Source: Candidatus Woesebacteria bacterium GW2011_GWC1_42_9 (GTDB taxonomy: Bacteria > Patescibacteriota > Microgenomatia > UBA8517). Taken from it: DNA of 44,153 bases. The notes beneath the pieces are model-generated. The model saw only the letters and a list, made by a program, of their open reading frames with translations. It did not search any database and was not told where the DNA came from. This document shows, in pieces, positions 8,930 to 16,968 of this stretch. The DNA is taken from assembly GCA_000995185.1 (NCBI GenBank), contig LCET01000001.1, forward strand, positions 169,028 to 213,180, written 5' to 3'. The first letter of the stretch is position 1. The number at the start of each line of letters is the position of its first letter. The translations under genes were made by a program, and so were the position numbers.

Positions 8930-10049
8930 TTTTTCTAAACTTCTTATATTCTTAATTTTTGTTTTGCTGCCTTTTGGACAACTCCCGGGTTTTTTGATCG
9001 ACCGATTAGTTAAAATTTCGTTTACCATCCACCCGATTGATATCGTTGTCATAATATTGGGATTAATTAATTTTAATCTTAAGCTAGCAAGAGCCGTTAT
9101 TTTTGTTTCGCTATTTTCCTTAGCCCTGTCTTTGGGTTTTTTTGACCCAGGCAAGGTCGTATTTGGGTCGTTATATCTAATAAGATTTATTTTTTATCTT
9201 ATATTCCCCTTTGTTATCAGAAAATATGTTGGTGAGGACGTAGGCAACAAAAAGTCTCTTGTAAATCTTTTGGTTGCGATCGGGGTAGTGATTGCAATTA
9301 TTGGTTTTTGTCAGTATTTATTTTTTCCTGACTTACGGTCACTCAAATATTTCGGCTGGGATGATCATTATTTTCGGCTGGTTGGGGCTTTTTTGGACCC
9401 GGCTTTTATGGGGATTATGTTGGCTTTGGCAATATTGGCTAGCCTATTCACCTCGACTATGTGGGTTACCTTGCTTATGACTGTCGCTCTCTCTTTAACT
9501 TATTCGAGAGCAAGCTATTTAAGCCTAATTATTGGCTTGATTGTACTTTCGTGTTTTAAGAAATCTTTTGTTAAATCGTCATTGGCGATAATAATATTTT
9601 TGCTTTTATCCATGCCGCTCCTCCCGCGTCCGAAGGGAGAGGGGGTGAATCTCTTGCGAACAAACTCAATCGTCCAAAAAAACGACAACCTGGGCTTGTC
9701 CTACAAAATAGTCAGTAAATATCCGGTTTTTGGAGTTGGATTTAATAATATTTGTCAAGCGCGGTCTTTGATTGAAAAAGACTTGCCTGTAAATTCATGT
9801 AGTGGCTTGGATAATAGTATGCTGTTTATCGTCGCAACAACGGGAGCAGTCGGGGCAATGATTTTTGTTAGCTTCGGTATAAATCTTTGGGTGAAGACTA
9901 AAAAGAATAATTCAGGACTATTGTTCAAAGTATCCCTTGTGGCAGTGATTGTTCATTCACAATTCACTAACACTCTTTTTTATAATTTTATTTTATTGTG
10001 GCTTGGAATACTGATTGGGATTAGTAGAAATTTTAAGGAGAATAGCTGA
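8913..10049 (+). CDS. O-antigen ligase/Wzy_C family membrane protein
   Basis: Many TM segments; R..G.F.DP.F.G, LTYSRAS, P.FGVG, VHSQF. Confidence 0.8.
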   Translation: MIKKNNFSKLLIFLIFVLLPFGQLPGFLIDRLVKISFTIHPIDIVVIILGLINFNLKLARAVIFVSLFSLALSLGFFDPGKVVFGSLYLIRFIFYLIFPFVIRKYVGEDVGNKKSLVNLLVAIGVVIAIIGFCQYLFFPDLRSLKYFGWDDHYFRLVGAFLDPAFMGIMLALAILASLFTSTMWVTLLMTVALSLTYSRASYLSLIIGLIVLSCFKKSFVKSSLAIIIFLLLSMPLLPRPKGEGVNLLRTNSIVQKNDNLGLSYKIVSKYPVFGVGFNNICQARSLIEKDLPVNSCSGLDNSMLFIVATTGAVGAMIFVSFGINLWVKTKKNNSGLLFKVSLVAVIVHSQFTNTLFYNFILLWLGILIGISRNFKENS

Positions 10050-10746
10050 CCGAGATTGCGACCTCCGATTCGTTTCCGGCAAGGTCGACGACTAGAAAAT
10101 TTAAGGTATTTTCTCCATCGCTTAGGGTATAGGGATGAGAGAATTTTCCTCCTCCTCCGACCACAATCACTCTTTCATTTATTGTGACACTGGTCTCAAG
10201 CTCTGTTTCGCCCTCAATTGTGATTTGCTTATCTTTTCCAAAGAAGCTTTGTCCGTTTTTGGGATTAGTGATATTGATTTCAGGTTTAGTAATGTCATAG
10301 CTTATGTTGTAAGTTTGGGTAGGTTTGCTTGTATTGCCCCCTTCGTCTACTGTAACTGCGGAAAGTGAATTTTTATCCCTTGTGAGAGTGAAGGAACTTG
10401 AGAAATCGCCGTCGATATCCGTGAGAATTTCTTTTTCTGTCCCATTTAGTGTAATAATAACCTTCGACTCTGGCTCAGCACTTCCTTTTACAATCAGCCG
10501 CGGGTCATTTGTCTGCTCTGGCAGAGAGTCTATTTGGGGTGGTGCTGGGGGGGTATCATCGGTGACTTCGAAAATGGGCGAGCGGCCAGTTGCACTAGCC
10601 AGTAAATTGCTAACCTTCGCTGTCAATGAAAATCCATAGGTAAAGATAAAGATAATCAGCAACACCGTAAGAGCGCCAAAAACAATAACACTTCGACGGT
10701 TCTTTTTTTCTTCGGTCCTTGTGAGACGCGAATAATATTTTGCCAT
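10033..10746 (-). CDS. Membrane-anchored protein with two bacterial Ig-like domains
   Basis: N-terminal TM; DDTPPAPP, G.AEP...V.I, AVTVDEGGNTS, DITKPEINI, VDLAGNES. Confidence 0.8.
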   Translation of the reverse strand: MAKYYSRLTRTEEKKNRRSVIVFGALTVLLIIFIFTYGFSLTAKVSNLLASATGRSPIFEVTDDTPPAPPQIDSLPEQTNDPRLIVKGSAEPESKVIITLNGTEKEILTDIDGDFSSSFTLTRDKNSLSAVTVDEGGNTSKPTQTYNISYDITKPEINITNPKNGQSFFGKDKQITIEGETELETSVTINERVIVVGGGGKFSHPYTLSDGENTLNFLVVDLAGNESEVAISVSYSP

Positions 10747-10747
10747 G

Positions 10748-10818
10748 AGCCCTCTGTCAGAATCGAACTGACATCGGCGGTTTACGATACCACTGCTTTG
10801 CCACTAAGCTAAGAGGGC
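10748..10818 (-). tRNA. tRNA-Thr(CGT)
   Basis: Acceptor GCCCTCT/AGAGGGC, anticodon arm GTGGT-ATCGTAA-ACCGC, T arm GTCAG-TTCGATT-CTGAC; TGcTATACT promoter at 10851-10843. Confidence 0.92.
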
Positions 10819-10876
10819 AACTATCAAGCTCGAATAACTCAGAGTATAGCACAATGCATGAAAACTGTGTCCCAAT

Positions 10877-11071
10877 TTATTTTTTTGGGTTCATGAGCAT
10901 GAGATATGCTTTCCAAAGCGCCGCGGCGCCAACTAGGACATAAACAGTTTGGGTAAGAATTGTCGCTCCGAACAAATATGTGACCAAATTAAAGTCAAAA
11001 AGTCCGACGAGTCCCCAATTTAGGCCTCCTATTACCAAAAGCACCATCGCAGGCATCCATAATTTCTTCAT
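10877..11071 (-). CDS. DUF378 family small membrane protein
   Basis: LLVIGGLNWGLVGLFDFNLV..LFG......VYVLVG.A; SD GGGGGTGA before ATG 11071. Confidence 0.9.
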   Translation of the reverse strand: MKKLWMPAMVLLVIGGLNWGLVGLFDFNLVTYLFGATILTQTVYVLVGAAALWKAYLMLMNPKK

Positions 11072-11152
11072 TTTTCTCACCCCCATTCTTTTAAGAAGCT
11101 AATTTCAGAATATTCTATTGTGTTTGGTGTTTGCAAGTATTAGTATTAATTT

Positions 11153-11362
11153 ATGGAAATAGGGCGTTTTGTGTGGGGGCTTATCCCCTTTTTGGTGATT
11201 TTTATTGTTTTGGATGTTGTCCTGAGGGGAGTTGCCTTGTGGAGATCTTCAAAGAGGGATGAAAAAGGGTGGTTTGTGGCGCTTTTAGTGATTAATTCAA
11301 TAGGTATTTTTCCCCTTATTTATCTCCTTACCCATCCGGAGAAAAAGAGCAAGAAAAAGTAA
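11153..11362 (+). CDS. Small membrane protein (DUF5652-like)
   Basis: LRGVALWRSSKRDEKGWFVALLVINSIGIFPLIYL. Confidence 0.8.
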   Translation: MEIGRFVWGLIPFLVIFIVLDVVLRGVALWRSSKRDEKGWFVALLVINSIGIFPLIYLLTHPEKKSKKK

Positions 11363-11377
11363 TTTCCTTTGGAAAAG

Positions 11378-11421
11378 TGGTATACTGGAGCAGTCCCCCA
11401 GACATTGGGGGAAGTTTTTTT
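11378..11421 (+). promoter_or_regulatory. Extended -10 plus hairpin/T-tract before typA
   Basis: TGgTATACT 11378-11386; TCCCCCA-gacat-TGGGGGA 11394-11412; T7 11415-11421. Confidence 0.55.
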
Positions 11422-13281
11422 ATGAATATGAGTGAACAAAAAGATAAAAGGAATATTGCCGTTATTGCCCATGTAGACCATGGCAAGACAACACTAGTGG
11501 ATGCTCTTTTGAAACAAACTCATACTTTTCGTGAAAATGAGGAGGAGATGGGGAAGGAGCAAATTATGGATTCAGGCGACCTTGAACGTGAACGAGGGAT
11601 TACTATTTTGGCCAAAAATTGTGCAGTTGATTATAAAAATACGAAGATAAATATTATTGATACGCCTGGTCACGCGGATTTTTCAGGTGAAGTTGAACGA
11701 ACATTAGGAATGGCAGAAGGAGCACTTTTGATCGTGGATGCTCAAGAAGGACCGATGCCGCAAACAAGGTTTGTATTACGGCGTGCTTTGGAACTGGGCT
11801 TAAAGATTATTGTCGTGATTAATAAAATTGATAAAAGGTTTGCTCGCGTTCCTGAATCGGTATCTAAATTGGAAAGCCTTTTTTTAGAATTAGCAAAGGA
11901 TGAGTCTCAGCTTGATTTTCCGATAATTTATGCCATCGGGAGGCGCGGGGTTGCGTTTAATACTTTACCTGAAGATATGGAACAAAAGGGAGATATTACT
12001 CCACTTCTTGATTTGATCATAAGTCATGTACCGGCACCTAAAAATTCTCCTCTGGGGACTTTTAAAATGGTGGTTACTACGCTTGATTATGAGCCTCATC
12101 TTGGACAGATCGCTATCGGTAAAATTTTTAGAGGCAAGCTAGTTAAGGGCGAGAAAGTAATTGTCACTAACTCGCCTGGGAAAATATATAAAGTAGAGAA
12201 GGTTATGGTCCCTCGGGGCCTGGGAAGAGTTGAAGTCGAAGGCGCTGAGGCAGGCGAAATAGTGGCCATAGCCGGCGTTGATAATCTTAAAATTGGCCAA
12301 ACAATTTCTGATCCTAGTGATACGACCCCGCTTCCGGAAATCGCAGTTTCACCACCCACTTTGCATATCACCCTTGGTCCAAATACTTCCCCCCTGGCAG
12401 GCCAGGAAGGAGAGTATTCCACCGGCAGGCAAATTGAGGAAAGACTTAGAAAAGAAATAGAAACAAATCTAAGTTTAAAGGTCGAGGCACTTGGGAACGG
12501 TAAGTTTAAGGTGTCTGGAAGAGGTGAGCTTCATCTGGCGATCTTACTGGAGACTCTTCGGCGTGAAGGCTATGAAATGGAAGTCGGTAAGCCCGAAGTT
12601 ATTCTCAAAAAAATTGATGGAGTACTAAAAGAGCCGGTGGAAGAGGTAAACATTATTGTCCCTCAGGAGTTTGTCGGAGTTATAAATCAAGAAATGGGTA
12701 AACGGTATGCAAAAATTCTTAAAATGGAGGCGATTTCTGAGGAAGAAACAGAATTTATCTATCAATTCCCGACTCGCGCTATGATCGGCCTCCGCGGCCT
12801 ACTTTTAAATCTCACCAAGGGGACAGTTGTCATGAGTTCGCAAGTAATTGCCTATGAAAAAATTGGTCGGGAACTACCAAAATTAAGGCGTGGAGCATTG
12901 ATTTCGCAATCCTCAGGATCTGCTTTGGCTTATAGCCTTGAAACCGCCCAAAATCGAGGGATCACTTTTATCGATCCGGGAGAAACTGTCTATGAAGGGA
13001 TGATCATCGGCCAAAATGCGAAAAACGAAGATATTGAAATAAATGTATGCAAGGGTAAAAAACTGACAAACATGAGGAGTAAATCTTCGGACGGGATTAT
13101 CCAGTTGACCCCAGCCACGAAGCTTTCTTTGGAACAATCGCTTGATTTTCTGGAACGTGATGAGCTATTGGAGATTACCCCAAAGAGTTTGCGCTTAAGA
13201 AAAAAACATCTTACTGTTTTGGCCCGAAGGCGAATAAACCGCGCCGCCCGCTCGAGCCAAGCCACCCAAGCGATGATTTAA
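11422..13281 (+). CDS. typA: Translational GTPase TypA/BipA
   Basis: RNIAVIAHVDHGKTTLVD, ERERGITILAK, DTPGHADF, GRGELHL, KKLTNMRS, LEITPKSLRLRK; start revised to ATG 11422. Confidence 0.98.
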   Translation: MNMSEQKDKRNIAVIAHVDHGKTTLVDALLKQTHTFRENEEEMGKEQIMDSGDLERERGITILAKNCAVDYKNTKINIIDTPGHADFSGEVERTLGMAEGALLIVDAQEGPMPQTRFVLRRALELGLKIIVVINKIDKRFARVPESVSKLESLFLELAKDESQLDFPIIYAIGRRGVAFNTLPEDMEQKGDITPLLDLIISHVPAPKNSPLGTFKMVVTTLDYEPHLGQIAIGKIFRGKLVKGEKVIVTNSPGKIYKVEKVMVPRGLGRVEVEGAEAGEIVAIAGVDNLKIGQTISDPSDTTPLPEIAVSPPTLHITLGPNTSPLAGQEGEYSTGRQIEERLRKEIETNLSLKVEALGNGKFKVSGRGELHLAILLETLRREGYEMEVGKPEVILKKIDGVLKEPVEEVNIIVPQEFVGVINQEMGKRYAKILKMEAISEEETEFIYQFPTRAMIGLRGLLLNLTKGTVVMSSQVIAYEKIGRELPKLRRGALISQSSGSALAYSLETAQNRGITFIDPGETVYEGMIIGQNAKNEDIEINVCKGKKLTNMRSKSSDGIIQLTPATKLSLEQSLDFLERDELLEITPKSLRLRKKHLTVLARRRINRAARSSQATQAMI

Positions 13282-13512
13282 GAGCTGGTCACCGTACTTT
13301 GCTCGAACCTATTTAGCCAGGATGAGTATATCAAAGGATATCTACTCGACCCCGATTTGCCACTTATTACCAAAGTAAAAATCGGTCTTTACTACTACAT
13401 CACCAGTGACCTTATTTTACAACTAAACGTATTTAAAGACTATCTTGAGAAAATAAATCCATTTCTATTTTTAGAAGTATTTGGTAAACGATGCAAGGAT
13501 CAAAAATATTAA
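13282..13512 (+). repeat. Cassette end B, copy 1 (start-less 76-codon open frame)
   Basis: Direct repeat of 15605-15844; translates ELVTVLCSNLFSQDEYIKGYLLDPDLPLITKVKIGLYYYITSDLILQLNVFKDYLEKINPFLFLEVFGKRCKDQKY*. Confidence 0.9.
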
Positions 13513-13571
13513 TGAGTGATTAATAATTTCAAGGTTCATTTGCCTTTGGCAAAGTTAACATACCCAAAAAT

Positions 13572-14522
13572 TTAAACTATTTCAACACTTTTATTCCAAT
13601 ATTCATCAAACGCTTTCTTTATTTCATCATAGTTCTCAGTCAGGTTTATTTCTGACCTTTGACCTGACGAAATAGCATTAACGTTTGGTACATTTCTCGC
13701 ATAATCCACATCATCAATAATCCAACGATCGTGAGCATCTCGAACTAGTTTGCTGTCAATGGTAGCCCAGGAAACATCGATATTCTTATTAGCCATTTCT
13801 TGCTTAAATCGTGTAAGATCTTTCCGAGCAGTGGTATTAAGATTGCCTTCGCCCAGGTCTAGGGATATTATGCGTATTTGCTTAATTTTACTAGCATCAG
13901 CAATAGCCCAAAGCCACTCAAGAGCCTCTTTTTGAAAGTGCTTATCAAGCCAGTAGATGCCACCTTCGCATTCACCCAGTACCTTTTTTATCCACATGAT
14001 ATTAGAGAAAGGACGATTAGGATCTATAAATATATTTCTTGGTGTTTGAGGAGAGTCGGGAGAAATCAAAATACGTACAATCCGTGTTTTTTTATTGTAA
14101 TTAATAATTTCCGCATAATTCATGAAGTCTAGCAAATGCGTAAGTGGTTCTCGCGAATCATAAAACCAAAATCCCGTTGTTTTTAGAACCGTTAAAACTT
14201 GCTCAACTGTTATATTGGCAACTCCCCAAAGATATTGTTGTATGGCAATAGTTGGAGGGTAAAATAGAAGCATTTGTTTGAGCAACTCTTTTTCCCCACC
14301 ATCACAACGGATAAAGAGTGACTCAAAAATAGCTCTACCCAATTCAGACAATTCACCAGTTGCCGAATCACTGAAAACACCTAGTTCTTCCCAAAAAAGG
14401 TAGTCGTCTCCTAGATCAAGATGGCTAATCGCCCCAGTTTCGCCAGCAGTTCTTATGTAGGGTAGTACCTTTTTCCAATTAGTTTTTGGGAGAAGTATCG
14501 TCTTTTCTGTTGTTTGACTCAT
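13572..14522 (-). CDS. Hypothetical protein: probable wHTH-like N-terminus plus PLD-fold (HDR-type) nuclease-like domain
   Basis: ELSELGRAI wHTH-like wing; C-terminal 'IYWLDKHF...IRIIS...AHDRWIIDD' pattern of PLD-like domains. Confidence 0.6.
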   Translation of the reverse strand: MSQTTEKTILLPKTNWKKVLPYIRTAGETGAISHLDLGDDYLFWEELGVFSDSATGELSELGRAIFESLFIRCDGGEKELLKQMLLFYPPTIAIQQYLWGVANITVEQVLTVLKTTGFWFYDSREPLTHLLDFMNYAEIINYNKKTRIVRILISPDSPQTPRNIFIDPNRPFSNIMWIKKVLGECEGGIYWLDKHFQKEALEWLWAIADASKIKQIRIISLDLGEGNLNTTARKDLTRFKQEMANKNIDVSWATIDSKLVRDAHDRWIIDDVDYARNVPNVNAISSGQRSEINLTENYDEIKKAFDEYWNKSVEIV

Positions 14523-15282
14523 GTTTTTTGATTTCCACTTCTACTGCTTTTTCCAATGCAGACATTTGGTCCCTGAACGTACCCATATTGAAAGCAAATT
14601 GGAGGTTCTTAGGGTACGATAGAGCGATACCACTAGGGAATTCAACTGTAATCATCTCTGGTCGCACATTTGTAATTGGAGCATAACTACCTTTAGTTTC
14701 GTTTTTTAGAGGATTGGCATGAGTTTGTACAGGATCATTATCAATACCAACTTCATCATCCTTAACTAAAATTTCACTTGAGACAATTCCATTCTGATAA
14801 ACACCTGCGTATTCAATGGACTTGCGAAAGATGTTTGCCACGTTATCTGCAACCTTCTGACCAATTTTATGGCTACGCACAAGAATACTGCTTAGTGCAG
14901 TAGGCACTGCATGGCCGGCAAACTCATTAAGAAGCGTCTTGTATAGTTTTGGAGCTGTAACAGCTAACTGTTTAGCTGTTTGGAGATCATTATCGTCAAT
15001 CGGGTGTGCAAAACTGAGGGAGAGGTCAGTATTTCGATAGGCATTGCCTTCTCGACCAAGTAAGCCAAAATGTACAAGAGAGGCAACTTTCATTCCAACT
15101 GGGCCAGTTACTTTTTCATAACCCATTTCCTTAACAGCGTTATCCCTACTAAACGCTGACTTACTAAACGCTGTTTGAAGCTTAGCGCTATAGTTAATAG
15201 CATCTTCAAGCGTAATTGATGGATAAGATGCACTACGTTCTTTTGTTTTCACTTGTTTAGTGGTTGGTTGTTCTTCTGTCAT
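14479..15282 (-). CDS. Hypothetical protein, probable winged-helix DNA-binding protein
   Basis: 'SYPSITLEDAI...MGY...VASLVHFGLL...YRNTDLS...PKLYKTL' pattern; overlaps the downstream gene by 44 bp. Confidence 0.6.
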   Translation of the reverse strand: MTEEQPTTKQVKTKERSASYPSITLEDAINYSAKLQTAFSKSAFSRDNAVKEMGYEKVTGPVGMKVASLVHFGLLGREGNAYRNTDLSLSFAHPIDDNDLQTAKQLAVTAPKLYKTLLNEFAGHAVPTALSSILVRSHKIGQKVADNVANIFRKSIEYAGVYQNGIVSSEILVKDDEVGIDNDPVQTHANPLKNETKGSYAPITNVRPEMITVEFPSGIALSYPKNLQFAFNMGTFRDQMSALEKAVEVEIKKHESNNRKDDTSPKN

Positions 15283-15314
15283 AGATTTACTTTCTTTAAT
15301 AACTTTATTTAATC

Positions 15315-15344
15315 ATTTTACATCAGGAAAATACCACTTGTCAA
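15315..15344 (-). promoter_or_regulatory. Promoter for the 267 aa/316 aa operon
   Basis: Minus strand TTGACA (15344-15339), 18 bp, TAAAAT (15320-15315). Confidence 0.65.
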
Positions 15345-15465
15345 CACTGTTCTATGTGTTGTTCTTTGGCTAGTCTTAACATATCCTGGGTAAAAGATAA
15401 TAATTCGGTATAGTTGTGATAATAATGATATAGAACACTGGTAAATTAATAATTTTGTATTAACT

Positions 15466-15608
15466 CTAGTACGTAGGTCCGACTCCGGTTATCGGTATGA
15501 TTTTTTCCAGGCTAAATATAAGACGTTAAAAATAGTGGCTAGAACTCGGGATAATGTTGATTTATTGAGGGAAATTGGAGAAAACACAAAACCATTTCGC
15601 TATTGAGC
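15466..15608. repeat. Cassette end A, copy 1 (non-coding)
   Basis: Aligns with 19800-19941 through blocks CTAGTAC, AGGTyCGAyTCCsGTTA, TCCAGGCTAA, GGCTmGAACTCGGGAkAATsTTGATTT, ACAAAAC, CGmTATkGAGC. Confidence 0.85.
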
Positions 15609-15844
15609 TGGTAACCGTAATTGGCTCGGACCTATTTAGCCAGGACGAGTATATCAAACAGTATCTACTCGACCCCGATTCGTCACTTATTACTAAAATA
15701 AAAATAGGTCTTCGTTACTACATTACAACTCAGCCTGAGTTAATTTTACAGCTTACCGTTTTCAAAGGCTACCTGGAGAAAATCAATCCGTTTCTATTTA
15801 TGGAGGTATTCGGTAAAGATCGCGAAGATAGAAAAATATGGTAA
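15575..15844 (+). CDS. Small conserved junction protein spanning the A1|B2 junction (end B copy 2 = 15605-15844)
   Basis: Roughly three-quarters amino-acid identity to the B1 frame, ~16 synonymous differences and an in-frame 6 bp indel; start uncertain (TTG 15575 or ATT 15602). Confidence 0.65.
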   Translation: MEKTQNHFAIELVTVIGSDLFSQDEYIKQYLLDPDSSLITKIKIGLRYYITTQPELILQLTVFKGYLEKINPFLFMEVFGKDREDRKIW

Positions 15845-16027
15845 TATTGGGGTACCGAATGATCCCTGTAGTGAAAGTATCTTACTATTAGGGAACTGAC
15901 GACACAAATTCATTTGTGATCCGTACATGAATGATTTTTTGTGTTTAGGGGGAAAGTCTGCGATCAGGAGAGACAAAAACAGGCATATACGAGCCTTTAT
16001 ATGCTGCAGATGAGAGGTATTTGTACC

Positions 16028-16085
16028 CGCGAGGCGGGTTGGAAGGAGTTTGGGGAGTAAATCCGCCGCGCCAAAAATTTTTTTT
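16028..16085 (+). terminator. GC-rich hairpin upstream of the restriction gene
   Basis: GGCGGGTT (16033-16040) pairs with AATCCGCC (16060-16067); followed by A5 then a T-run. Confidence 0.45.
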
Positions 16086-16115
16086 AAAACGTAGTAAAAT
16101 CAACTAGAGGTTAAT

Positions 16116-16952
16116 ATGGCAAAAAAGAATCAATCTAAAAGATTAACTAATCAACATAAAGAATCCCAAGGTGCAGTTGGTATATTTGGAGACGAGGCAA
16201 AGTTCCACGATACAACAGTTAGTAAAATTTCACATCTTGTAATTGAGCAACTTGAAAATGAATTTCCTAAATTAACTTTTAGGCATAGGACAGCAATAAA
16301 AAAGAATGAGATAAACGAAGCATTAAAGAAAATTGATCCAGAATTAGGGCAAACCCTTTTTGTATCAAATTCAAGCATTATCCCAGACGGCGGAATAATT
16401 GAAGTAAAAGATGATAACGATATTTGGAGAATATTGCTTGTAACAGAAGCTAAGCATCAAGGAAAAGATATTGAAAATATCCAAAAAGGAAATTTAGTTG
16501 GCAAAAATAACAATCAAGACTTGATGGCAGCTGGTAACGCAATAGAAAGATCGCATAAAAATATATCAGAAATCGCCAACTTTATGCTACATGAATCCCA
16601 TTTCCCTTATATCTTATTTTTGGAAGGATCAAATTTTCTTACTGAAACTATTTCAATTAAGAGACCAGATGGAAGGGTGGTTACTCTTGATTATAACTCA
16701 GGCATGTTAAATAGATTAGATAGATTGACTTCTGCAAATTATGGAATGCCAATTAACACAAATTTATGTAAAAATAAATTTGTTAAACACAAAGATAAAA
16801 CCATTATGCTTCAGGCAGCTTCGATATATACGCAAGGTAATGGTGAAAAATGGGATGTAAGAGAAATGCTTGACATTATGATTGAGATTTCAAAAACCTC
16901 TCTTCAGGTATTAGGAAGTGAGATATTTAACCAGATAACTAAAGATAAATAA
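16116..16952 (+). CDS. ecoRIR: EcoRI-family type II restriction endonuclease (predicted GAATTC)
   Basis: Full-length close similarity to R.EcoRI: PDGG...EAK catalytic motif, LMAAGNAIERSHKN recognition arm, NRLDRLT. Confidence 0.96.
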   Translation: MAKKNQSKRLTNQHKESQGAVGIFGDEAKFHDTTVSKISHLVIEQLENEFPKLTFRHRTAIKKNEINEALKKIDPELGQTLFVSNSSIIPDGGIIEVKDDNDIWRILLVTEAKHQGKDIENIQKGNLVGKNNNQDLMAAGNAIERSHKNISEIANFMLHESHFPYILFLEGSNFLTETISIKRPDGRVVTLDYNSGMLNRLDRLTSANYGMPINTNLCKNKFVKHKDKTIMLQAASIYTQGNGEKWDVREMLDIMIEISKTSLQVLGSEIFNQITKDK

Positions 16953-16968
16953 CCAAAACCATTTGATT

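Noticed and set aside
13270-13512. typA stop read-through into the in-frame B1 ORF
   Set aside because: TypA is complete and ends in TAA; in-frame adjacency has a 1-in-3 chance, and B2 is not preceded by typA
15345-15440. CACTGTTCTA / TAGAACACTG inverted repeat as an operator
   Set aside because: Only 9/10 bp about 75 bp apart in AT-rich DNA; cannot be separated from chance
15794-16010. Controller (C) protein or gene remnant upstream of the restriction gene
   Set aside because: Only short ORFs with no HTH or convincing motif
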